Assembly: GCF_036321535.1 (NCBI RefSeq)
Contig: NC_087462.1
Span: 2,728,001-2,792,000, forward strand
Length of the DNA: 64,000 bases
Source of the DNA: Camelus dromedarius
Lineage: Eukaryota
Direction: 5' to 3'
Position 1 is the stretch's first letter. Each line of letters opens with the position of its first letter. The translations under genes were made by a program, and so were the position numbers. Shown here one piece after another: positions 1-10,712 of the stretch. The notes below the pieces were generated by a model. The model searched no databases and was not told the origin of the DNA. It saw nothing but the letters and a program-made list of their open reading frames with translations.

Positions 1-938
1 GCCGTTTAAATGGGAGAAAGTTGACTTCATGAAAAACTCACCACATTGCTTTTCTTTTTGTCACGTCTCTGAGCACCTGTGCGCATATCATGGTGGGGTG
101 CGTCTCCAAGTGGGAAGAAACAGGAAGAGGAAGATTCAGTCAACCTCTTCTAGAGTCCAGCTGGAGTCCCCTGGTCACCCTGACTCAGTCCTGCCCACTT
201 CCTGTCCAGCCACCCTGCAGTCATTCTTTTAACAGTCAATTTGCAAAGCCCTTTATGTGCTAGACACTGAGCTGGGAACTGAGAGATACAATGTTTTAAA
301 AATAGATATATAATATAAATATACATAATCGCAAAATGTGACAATGCTCTAAAAATGCAAAGATGTATCCATAGCTCTCCCTGATGGAAACTGTTCCCGG
401 ACATTTGCTCCTCCTTGTCTACAGTCTGAGCATTTTTCGTTTTGCCTCTCACTGCTCTCACTCCCTCACCCAAAATTCAGGATAATGCCATGACCTTTCC
501 CAGATCTGGGCTTTTCCACCTTCCTTCTGTTATGCAGAGTAATCTATCATTTTATTTTAGGCTATATATACAATCTTTTTCTTTCATTGAGCTATATAAC
601 TTACATATATTAAACATTACAGTTCTTGAATGCTCAATTCCTTAAGCTTTTACAATTGTATGTACCCATGAAACCATTCCCAGAAACAAGATGCAGAGCA
701 TTTCCATCACTCCAGAAAGTTTTCTCAGTGTCCTGTTCAGTTAATCCCCCTCGCCCCAGGCAGCAGTGGCATGCTGGTTAATGTTTAACCATTAGGAATA
801 AGAGATTTAGAGAGCGGGGAGGGGCACTGCTTTACCACGTGTCCTTTTTGTGGTGTAAGTATTCTCACCAAGAGATTGCCAGTTACTATGAAGTAGGGAG
901 GAATGGTAACAATAGGCACTTAGGCTTTTTGCAGTGGT

Positions 939-1066
939 GGGGGGGCAGGGAGGAGGAAGTAACTAGGTTGGTTGGTTTGTTTGTTTGATGGAGGTGCTAG
1001 GGATTGAACCCAGGACCTTGTGCATGTTAAGCATGTGCTCTACCACTGAGCTACACCCTCCTCCCC
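939..1066 (-). mobile_element. tRNA-Ala-derived camelid-type SINE
   Basis: Reverse complement of the GGGTGTAGCTCAGTGGTAGAG...GGTTCAATCC head plus A-rich/CCTAGTTACTTCC tail. Confidence 0.85.
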
Positions 1067-2149
1067 AATAGTAGGTACTTATGAGCCAGGACAAGCTGAC
1101 TGCAGCCCATCAGTACTCCACAGGTACCCTAGATTCTGATTTCTATCCCCATAGATTAGTTTTGCATGTTCTGGAGCTTTTTGGAAAGGGAACTGTGCAG
1201 TATATCGTCTGTGTCCGACTTCTTTTGCATGATATTTTTGTGACTCATCCATGTGATTGCCTGTAACAGCAACTTGCTCTTTTTCCTTGCTGTATGATAA
1301 TCCGATTGTGTGTATTTGGGGGGCTGCCCTTCCTGTTGAAGAATAGATTAGCTGTTGAGGAGGATAAAGGGATTGAAACTTTTCTAAGGATCCAAGTTGT
1401 CAGTTCTGCTCAGTTCCTAGTTGGGGCTCAGCTCACATAAAGTCTAATTCTCCCAGTTCCCACTAGTTCCCTGCTTCTTGGAATTCCGATACACCCTGCT
1501 TATTTCTGGCTTATGGCTCCTGCTGCAACATTTTGATTCACATCCCTGTTCTTTCATTATGCCTTCCCTTCTAGTTATGAATATTTCAAAGGCAAGGAAG
1601 CAGGTGGATCTGCCTCTTTCTCTCCCAGTCCAGCTCCTTGGATAGCTGAAGCCCCGTACATATAAGCCTCCTGAATGAACGAAGTGGGTGTTCCTGTCCT
1701 TGGGAGACAAGGTTCCTGCTAATCACTTGATTCTCAGCCCTGGTTATAGAACATGAGCTTTTATTGTTGCGATTATAGCACAGACTTTTGCCCTTCACCC
1801 CCTTCTCCATCTCAACTAGTGAGCACATTTCACTCTGCAACCTCTCCCTGTTACCTATCTCTCTACTTACCGTTGGTTCCAATCACATCTCTCTTAGTAC
1901 ATCTGTTCCCTGGTCCCCGAGACTTGGGTGTCTCTTAAATCTCCTCCACCCCGGGAAATAAATTTCTAATAGCTTTGTTGATAGATTCAATCCAAAGTGA
2001 CGTTTATCTTGTTGAGGCACCGTTTAGTATTAATATCACATGTGTACACTCTGCCTATCTCGGAATGCACCCTGAACTTTATCTCTCTCACCTGGGCAAT
2101 GGATTAACTGAAAGAACAACTGACCTGACCCCTTTGAATAGTGCAGTTT

Positions 2150-3850
2150 AGTTCTATCTAGACCACCTACAACCCAGCAACTCTGCCCCTAGGAATATAC
2201 CCTAGGAAACCCTTGCCCTTATGAAACCAGGAGACATATACACTAGTGTTCTCCATGGAAAAAATCTGGAAACCACACAAATATCCATCGATGGAAAAAT
2301 GGAAAAATATGTTCTGGTCTAGCCCCCCCCCCCGATACGAGGCAGCAGTAAACTCCCAAATGATAACAATGTAAAAAAGTCTTAGACACAGAAAGTTATG
2401 GGAGACTCCATGACCCCATTTTTATTAAATGAAAATGGCTCAGAACCATTAGACATGGGAGAGATGCAAATAGAAACCACAGCAGGCCGCCACCACACAT
2501 CTGCTGGAATGGCTAACGTGGGAAAGGCCGACAACACCAACTACTGGTGAGACTGCAGGGCACCCTCATATGTTGCCGATGGGGATACAGGCGTGTTGCA
2601 GCCCCTCTGGAAAGTGGCTTGGCTTCTTTGAAGGTTAATCACACATGACCCAGGAGTCCCAGTCCTGGGTGTTTACCCAAGAAAAAGGAATGTTGAGGTT
2701 CATACAAACACCTGAACATCAGTGTTCATAAAAGCTTTATCTGTAATAGATCCCAAACTGGAAACAACCCAACGCCATTTAGAAGGTGAATTGATACACA
2801 ATTGTGAACTGAATGAATCGTAAAGATGTGGGTTAATTCTACACAATGAAACGCTACTCAGGAACAAAAAGGAACAAACTATAGATCCACGCACCAACTT
2901 GAGTGAATTTCAAAGGTGTCAACACTCACTGCAAGAGGGCAGTCTCAAAAAGTGACGTAGTGCTTGGTTCCATTTAATGGCAGATTATAGCGACTGGCAA
3001 CAGATCAGAGGTGGCCAGGAGCGAGGACTGGGGGAAAGTTGTGATGTGAGGGGTTTTCTTTGTGGTGATGGAAATGTTCTGTATTCTGATTATGGTGGTG
3101 GCCACAGCAATCTAAACACGTGACAACTTTTTGTAAGCCTGTACACATAGCAAAAGGAGTGCATGTCAAAGCTGGTGAAATCAGAATAATGTCGATCGTA
3201 CCAATGTGAGTCCCCTGATTTTAATATTTTTCTATGACTATTTAGGATTTTATATTTGGGGGAAGCTGGGTGAAGGGTATAGAGGAACTCTCTGTACTTT
3301 TTTTTTTTTTTGCAACTTTTATGTGAGCCTGAAATTATTTCAAAATAAAAAGTCTTTTAAAAAAACAAGGAAAACATGGCAGTTCCTCAAAAAATTAAAT
3401 AGAATTACCGTATGTTCCAGCATTTCCACCTTGGGGTATACACCCAAGAGAATTAAAAGCAGTGACTCAGCAGGTGCTTAGACACTCATGTTTACAGCAG
3501 CATTATTCACAGTCACCAAAAGATGGAGGCAACCCAAATGGCCATCAACGGATGAATGGACAAGCAAAATGTGACATATACACACAGCGGAATACTACTC
3601 AGTCTTAAAAAAGGAGGAAATTCTGACACACACTATGCCATGGATGGACCGTGAGGACATTTTGCTAAGTGAAATAAGCCACTTACAAAAACACAAGTAC
3701 TCTATGATTCCAGTAATAAGAGGTCCCTGGAGGAATCACTTTCATAGAGACAGAAAGTAGATGGTGGGTGCCGGGGCGAGAGGGGAGGGATGGGGGAAGT
3801 TACCTAACAGGTCTGGGTTTCCTTCTGGGGAGACGACAGTGTAGTTTGGT
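2150..3850 (+). mobile_element. Old LINE-1 (L1M/L1MB-type) 3' fragments
   Basis: Typical L1 motifs: ggaaacaacccaa...ccatcaacggatgaatggacaagcaaaatgtg...ctcagtcttaaaaaaggaggaaattctgacac. Confidence 0.7.
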
Positions 3851-3879
3851 CATTTTGTGACCAGAGCTGATGACACGAA

Positions 3880-4100
3880 TCATTGTGAAAGCAATAAATG
3901 CAACTGAACCGCTCGCTCCGGAATGATCAGCTGCGTCTCACTCTGTGGGCCCTGCATCTGTCTCCTGCATCTACTCAACCCTGAGGGTGTCCTGGGGAAG
4001 CAGCCGCAGACAATGCTCACCAAATGGGAGTTGCCGTGTGCCAATAACGCTTTATTTACACAAACAAGCAGAGGGTCATAGCATGCCAACCCCTGGTTTA
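3880..4100 (-). mobile_element. MER58-like hAT-Charlie MITE
   Basis: gtgtgccaataacgctttatttacacaaac...tgccaacccctg terminus. Confidence 0.65.
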
Positions 4101-4157
4101 GGCTTAAAAACGTGGTGGAGAAAAGTTATTAATGCATTTGGTTTGTTTGTCTTATGA

Positions 4158-4267
4158 CGGGGGTAGTTAGGTTTATTTATTTGTATGTGGAGGAGGTACT
4201 GGGCATCGAACCCAGGACCTCGCTCATACTAAGCATGCGCTTTACCACTTGAGCTATACCCTCCCCC
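4158..4267 (-). mobile_element. tRNA-derived SINE (same family)
   Basis: A box, B box and family tail. Confidence 0.85.
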
Positions 4268-4945
4268 TAATAACGCAGCCTGCACTTCAAAACGTGTGGT
4301 GTCTGCCATCGTTAGGCTGTGAGCAGCACACGCGCACAAAACGGGAAGTAATCTTCCCAGCGTTCACAGACTGCTGTCTGATTCACCAAAGAAGACGCTC
4401 ACATTATCCGTGAACAAGTGAAATCCCAACGAAGGTCTTCACTTTCGCGTTGCTTATTAACATAAACGAAAATATTGCCAACGTACACGTCAGAACTACA
4501 CCTGTTCTGCTATTTGCTACCAGGGGTTGGCTATAAATACGAGAGTCTGGCAAAAATCAACACAGACCTATTTTGAGATTCAAGTGGCTATAGAGAATTT
4601 GTAACACGGTATTGTACACCTGATCATTTGTAAACCGTGCTCTATGCATCCTTTATGTCCGTGACATTTATAATAAATACGTGTTCTACAATGCAAGTGT
4701 ATCATGTGTGTGTCATATATACTGGATTACAGAGGCATATGAAGTCCCTGCCCGGAGAGCAGGCTGTTAAACGCTGACCAGCGCACGGTGACTTTTACAC
4801 ATCGGCCAGTTGAAATATTCCTCCGCCAGCTTGGCGGGCGTTCATTCAACTAACATTTATTGAGCGTCTACTTCCTGAAAGGCAGAAAGACCTACCCCAG
4901 GGGATATGGAAATTCACTGATTATTTCACTTGACAGAAGTGTCTC

Positions 4946-5058
4946 GGGGGAAGGGTACAGCTCAGTGGTGGAGTTCTTGCCTAGCATGCATGCGCTCCTG
5001 GGTTCAATCCCCAGCACCTCCAGCAACAAATACATAAATAAACCTGATTACCTCCCTC
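4946..5058 (+). mobile_element. tRNA-derived SINE
   Basis: GGGTACAGCTCAGTGG...GGTTCAATCCCCAG...AAACCTGATTACCTCCC. Confidence 0.88.
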
Positions 5059-5239
5059 TTACAGACAAACAAACAGTCCTGTTATCCTTCCCTGCATCAA
5101 CATCGGTCCAGATGCTCAGCTGGTCAGAGAGAGGAAGGGGGAGGGGGTGGGAGAGCGCAAGAACGAGCAAATAAACGTGCCAAAGCACGGAGGCTCATCT
5201 CTGCAGTGCCATTCCTAGGGTTTCTTTCTTTTTTTTAAC

Positions 5240-5550
5240 CTCTTTTTATTTTTTGATTGAGATATAATCGACCTATAACATTATATTAGCTTCAGGTATA
5301 CAACATAATGATTTCATAATGGTTCGGTTTGTGTATATATTGAGAAATGATCACAGTAAGACTCAGTAACAACTGTCACCACATACAGTTAACAAACATC
5401 TTATTTTTTCCCTGTGATAAGGGGGAAAAAATTTTGTACAGTACAGTATTATTACCTATAGTCACCATGCTGTACATTCTGTCCTCAGGACTTACTTATT
5501 TTATAACTGGAATTTTGTACCTTCTGATCCCTTTCACCCATTTCTCCCAC
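5240..5550 (-). mobile_element. LINE-1 3'-end fragment (artiodactyl type)
   Basis: tataacattatattagcttcaggtatacaacataatg... L1 3'UTR pattern. Confidence 0.7.
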
Positions 5551-5566
5551 CCGCTGCCCCTACAGG

Positions 5567-5570
<4 letters not shown>

Positions 5571-5610
<40 letters not shown>
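5571..5610. repeat. (GT)n microsatellite
   Basis: About 20 GT units. Confidence 0.95.
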
Positions 5611-5612
<2 letters not shown>

Positions 5613-5685
5613 TTTTGTACCATGTCTTGACCAATGGATGGTCAAGATGACACCTACTTACAGCTGTGCAAAAAGGATTCATGCA

Positions 5686-5874
5686 GGGGGAGGGTACAGC
5701 TCAGTGGTAGAGTGTGCCTAGCATCATGAGGTCCTGGGTTCAACCCCCAGTACTGCCATTATAAATAAATAAATGAACCTAATTACCTCCCCCTTAACAA
5801 CATTTAAAAAAATTAAAGATAAACTTAAAAAAAATTTTTTTTTGAAGGAAGTGAAAGAAAAAGAAAAAAAAAAA
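5686..5874 (+). mobile_element. tRNA-derived SINE with a long tail
   Basis: Family head and tail; TSD-like aaaaggattcatgcag / aaaagaatccatgcag. Confidence 0.88.
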
Positions 5875-6107
5875 AAAAGAATCCATGCAGATGAACAAGA
5901 ACCAGGAGGGGATGTGGAAAAAATGAAAGGAGTTTGACTTGGGCTGGGGTGGGGTGGGGGGCGTGGTTAATAGATGAGATTTATTTTTTGCTTTCCTGTT
6001 ATTTGTTTATTTCATAGCACTATTATCCAGTAATAAACAGATGGGCATTACATTTTAAATTTTATTTATTTTTACATTTAAATTTTCATTGTTTTTTCTT
6101 ATTTTAA

Positions 6108-6221
6108 GAGAGGAGGTAATTTGGGTTTTTATTTATTTATTTTAATAGAGGTAGTGGGGGCTGAAACCAGGACCTTGTGCATGCTAAGCACATGCTCTAC
6201 TACTGAACTCTACCCTCCCCC
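6108..6221 (-). mobile_element. tRNA-derived SINE
   Basis: Family head and tail on the minus strand. Confidence 0.85.
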
Positions 6222-6879
6222 TTAAATGTTTCTTTTTTTAATCAAGGTATAGTGTATATAATGCAAAATCCACCTTTTCAAAGTTTACAGATCTGTGGTT
6301 TTTAGTATATTCACTGTGTTGTGTAACCCTCACCACTGTCTAATTCCAGAACATTCCAGAATATTCCAGCACCCCCAAAAGAAAGCCCATCCCCATTAGC
6401 AGTGACTCCCCATCCCTTGCCCAGTCCCTGGAACCCTGCTTTCTGTCTCCACGGGTGAACTCTGGTCTTTGCCACCAGCTTCTGACTGTGCCAGTATATG
6501 CCTGTAGGAGGGATGAAGTCAAAATGGGGTTTCCATGCAATGTCATAATTGCTCGGATCAAAGTCCCGAACTAAAGGTTTCCAGAAAGAGCTATGACTTT
6601 TTTTTTTAAACAGGGCCAATTAAAATCTCCTGGGCTTGGCAAGATCATTTGGCTGGGTGCAGATTTCTCTCTCAAGGTTGGTAACTCAGGTTACCTTCAG
6701 TATATGAAGGTGTTTCTTCATCAGAAGATTTCTTTGTTTCCTATAAAGCATCAGAGACATTTTTTGGGTAATTTGGCAAATGAGGACTCCCTCAGAAACA
6801 TGGGGCCTTGGAAAACTCATTTCAACCCCCTGGGCCTTAGTTTTCCATTTGGCAATACAATTTCCTCCTTGACACAGGA

Positions 6880-7140
6880 GCAAGGCTCTGCAAACTCTTT
6901 CTGTAAAGGACTAGATAGTAAGTATTTTCTGCTTGGAGGGCCAGACAGTTTCTGCTGCAACAATATAAGACGGATGGGTGTGGCCATGTGAAACAGACAT
7001 TTGCATTTTAAATCATTTTCAACATCAGAAAATAATCTTAAATTTTTTTCAACTCATTAAAAAGTGTAAAATTCATTCAAGGCTGCACAACAGGTGGTGA
7101 GCTGGCTTTGGCCCATGGGCTATGGTTTGCCAATCCCTGA
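6880..7140. mobile_element. MER58B-like MITE
   Basis: caaactctttctgtaaaggactagatagtaagtattt...tggtttgccaatccctg. Confidence 0.65.
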
Positions 7141-7339
7141 TCAAGGGCACTGGGACATCTGTTACACTGGGAGGCATTTGGGGTCTAAGAAACGGCCCAT
7201 GTGGGGAAAAGAGAAACAGAGGCCCAGGAACTTGAAATGAGTTTTCCAAGGCCCTGTGCTTTGAAGGACTCCTCATGGCCCAGTGTTTCCTGAGTTGGTA
7301 AGTGCTGTAGAGGAACATAATGCATGTACAGAAGGTGGG

Positions 7340-7960
7340 AATAGGACAAGTGTTGCAGTTTTAAATAGAATGTCAGGGAAGTTCTCACTGAGGAATTGAC
7401 ATTTGGGCAAAAGCACCGAAAATTATAAGTGTGCCCCATGGTGATCTGTAGGAGGAGTTTTGAGGTGGAGGAGATAGCCTGTGCAAAGGCCCTGGGGCAG
7501 GACCTTGCCTAGTGTGTTGGGAGATCTGGGTGGCTGGAATAGAGTGAGTGAGGCAGAGTGGAAAGTACTGCTGATGGACTGATGAGGGAAAAAGGTTCCC
7601 AATGGCTTCCTATAGTGGAAGGAATAAAATGGAATATAATTTTTTTAAAGTGGTGTAGATTCACACTGAGGGCCTTTGGAAAGTAACAATGCTGTTCAAA
7701 TTTTGACACTAGCTGAGTGGGACTTAATTCACTGAGAGCCCTTCAAGCGTGTAAAGCACAGAGGGACAGTGGGAGTATGGCCCCTCAAGGACAGTCCAAT
7801 GTTTCAACCTTGAGAACCTGGAAAGATGGAGGTTCTGTCTAGTGAGACAGGAATGGCAGCAGGAGGAGCAGGTTTGGGGGAAGAGCAGGTGCTCGGTCAG
7901 CTGTTTTGAGCGTGAGATGTCTGTCAAAAGGCAGTTGAATATACAAGCTGTTCTCCATCC
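7340..7960. mobile_element. L2 fragment interrupted by a ~186-bp insertion; many other L2 and MIR fragments occur across the window and are not listed individually
   Basis: gcctgtgcaaaggccctggggcagg and ggaggagcaggtttggggg L2 motifs; MIR core cccattttacagatgaggaaactgagg recurs (e.g. ~16070, 38165, 63560). Confidence 0.65.
7599..7784 (+). repeat. Dispersed direct repeat, copy 1 (copy 2 at 9145-9334)
   Basis: Identical blocks of 42, 33 and 34 nt shared by the two copies. Confidence 0.92.
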
Positions 7961-8439
7961 TTCAGCAGTTAACCCCACAGACAAGATCAGGCTTCTAGAA
8001 AGGACAGATTTAGCAGGAGAACTCGCTGCATTTGCGGTGGGGATGGAGAGAGTTCATTTTGAATCTCTTAGCTCACATTTGATATTTGGAGAGGTGGCCC
8101 TGGACTTTATAATCGCTGCTTTTTTTTTCCCAAGGAGAAAGGTCAAAACATTATTCTAATGTTTGAGAAGGAATAGGTAAAGTCTTTTTATGTTCAGTGT
8201 TTGATAAATATTTGATGGGGGAAATGAATGAATGAATGAATTAATTAATTAATTAATCTTGAAGGAAGGGAGGAAGGAGGGCTCTGAAGAAGAGTGATTT
8301 ATCTTCCAAAAAGTTTCTGGCACAGCTGGACTGGATGCCCTCTCCCAGAGGAACCAGCCTCCTTTCTGGCTGCCACACTGGTGATGCTCTGCTCACATCC
8401 CCAAACATAATAGCCACGCTTTCCCTCACGTGATCCACC

Positions 8440-8570
8440 CAGGAAATCCCTAATTTGTAGCATTTGCCAATTTCCATGGTGTAAATACTCAACCCTGGCC
8501 AATTTCAAGCTACCCACATGATATCATTGAATCTCACCAGCCAGAGCAAGCCAGTGCCAGCTCCCCACTG
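8440..8570 (+). mobile_element. MER63-like (hAT-Blackjack) fragment; related ends at ~765-900 and ~4760-4790
   Basis: ccctaatttgtagcatttgccaatttccatggtgtaaatactc...ccaatttcaagctac; cagtggcatgctggttaatgtttaac terminus at 765. Confidence 0.5.
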
Positions 8571-8744
8571 CCCCTGAGTTCTTTCTGGCTTTGACCCCAA
8601 CATCCCACGGTAGCCTGAGCAGATACATGTTTTACGTCCTCTGTCCTTCTATTTCTTCACTGAGAAATACCAGCCAGTCCCTGCAGATGTCAGATGAAAT
8701 GATGCAGGTCAAAATACAAGGCATACACACAGTTAAAAAACACA

Positions 8745-9095
8745 AATTAAGAAGTGGTCTATTCTGCTATATAGCACAGGGAACTATGTTCAGTATCCTG
8801 TAATAAACTTTAATGAAAAAGAATATGAAAATGAATATATGTATGTATATGTATAACTGAGATATTGTGCTGTACACATGAAATTGACACATTGTAACTG
8901 ACCATATTTCAATTAAAAAATAAAATAAAGAACTTGTGACAAGTCTGAAAAAAAAAGAAGTGGCATAGCCGTAACCTATAATGAAAAAGAATATGAAAAG
9001 GAATATATGTATGTGTATGCATGACTGAAACATGATGTACACCAGAAATTGACACAACACTGTAAACTGACTATACTTCAATAAAAAAAGAAAGA
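8745..9095 (+). mobile_element. Two consecutive LINE-1 3'-end fragments
   Basis: atagcacagggaactat...tgtacaccagaaattgacacaac...ctatacttcaataaaaa, present twice. Confidence 0.8.
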
Positions 9096-9144
9096 AAAAG
9101 AAAGAGTGGAAATCAAATCCCGTAGCTGTTCTGTTTAAAACCCT

Positions 9145-9334
9145 CCAATGGCTTCCTATAGTGGAAGGAATAAAATGGAATATAATAAAAAAAAAAGTTT
9201 CACACGAAGGGCCTTTGGAAAGTAACAATGCTGTTCAAATTTGTCAACATCTTTGACACTAGCTGAGTGGGATTGAATTCACTGAGAGCCCTTCAAGCGT
9301 GTAAAGCACGGTAAGACAGTGGGAGCATGGCCCC
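9145..9334 (+). repeat. Dispersed direct repeat, copy 2
   Basis: As above; carries an extra gtcaacatct. Confidence 0.92.
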
Positions 9335-9490
9335 GGGAAGGGGCAGCCCTGGAGACCTTGGCAGGGGGCAGGGAACAGAATCAGAGCAAGAAGGCGACGC
9401 AGAGACAGCATCCCACTTCCCAGGAGAGCCGATGAGAGCGGCGGCGGGGCCGCCAGGGAAGGAGGCGGCTGAGGCAGTTGCTCGTGGAGT

Positions 9491-9504
9491 CCACTAGAGG
9501 GCGC
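9491..9504 (+). promoter_or_regulatory. CTCF motif within a small CpG-rich patch (9340-9620)
   Basis: CCACTAGAGGGCGC matches the CTCF core consensus. Confidence 0.75.
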
Positions 9505-9687
9505 CATGGACTGAGAAGCCGACCCGTCTCCGCAGCCTCAGGCCTGGCCCTGGTGGTGGTGGGACGGGCAGCGGTCGGCTGGGTGACTGCGCAGCTAGAA
9601 GAGGAGATGGGGGTCTTAGGTGTGGACCTGGATGGCCCTATCTATGCTTCCAGAGTTGGGGTTTGGGAGGGGTTGGAAAATTAGAGC

Positions 9688-9970
9688 AGGAGTCTGCAAA
9701 CTTTCTTAAAGGGCCATGTAGCAAGTAGTTTAAACATAGCCTGTCATAATTAGTCACCTCTGCCCTTCTAGTTCCAAAACAGCGTAGACCACACAGTGGG
9801 CGCGGCTGCGCGCCTATCAAATTTTATTTTTGGAGGCTGAAATGAGAATTTTATTTTTGGAGGCTGAACTTTGAATTTCATGTAATTTTCCTGCATCATG
9901 ATCATTTTTTCCCTATATTTTCAACTGAAATAATCATCCTGTATTTTTTAATTATTTGAAAATGCAAAAC
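9688..9970. mobile_element. MER58-like MITE with an internal 27-bp-period tandem duplication (aattttatttttggaggctgaa twice, 9820-9868)
   Basis: caggagtctgcaaactttcttaaagggcca terminus; the duplication can be read directly. Confidence 0.6.
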
Positions 9971-10529
9971 GCTCAGGCCTTGCAAAGACAGACTGTGGGG
10001 GCCTAGTTTGTCAGTGGAATATGGATGATAATAAATATTGTCTGACGCCAGGAACCGGGTGCTAAGTGCCTAAATGCAGGGGTTTACATATGACGTTTAA
10101 AAGCCGGAGGAGATCTTGTTTTAACACCCACTCCTCTATGAGACAAAAAGTTTTAGTAATAATTATGAAAAGCAATCGATCATCGTCATAGCCAGAAAAC
10201 AATTATAGAGTGAAATTTTTTCTTTTATTGAACGCCACATATGTGATCACACCAGTAACATACATAAAACAGGGATCCCAGCCCAATAAAGGGGGCAATG
10301 AATGGACACCTTTCAATTCCAGTAATGAATTTTTTTGAAGAAAAACGTACCTTCCCATGTGTTTACATGTATGTACATGTCTTTACTGATCTATCACAGT
10401 AATGAATAACAGCATTATAGTTTAAAAACAAGTAAATCGTCAAGTAAGAATAGATATTTAAAGGAAGAAGTTATTTCCATTTTAAAGATATGGCTCAAAT
10501 CCAGTAAAAATGACCCGTGTTTGAATTTA

Positions 10530-10712
10530 AAAAAACTTTTTTGTAAATTGAAATATAGTCAGTTTACAATGTGTCGATTTCTGGTGTACAGCATAATGTT
10601 TCAGTCATATATATGCATATATATGTTCCTTTTCATATTCTTTTCCATTATAGGTTACTAAAAGATACTGAGTACAGTTCCCTGTGCTTTACAGAAGAAA
10701 CTTGTTCATTTA
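10530..10712 (-). mobile_element. LINE-1 3'-end fragment
   Basis: Reverse complement of the same 3'UTR motif. Confidence 0.8.
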
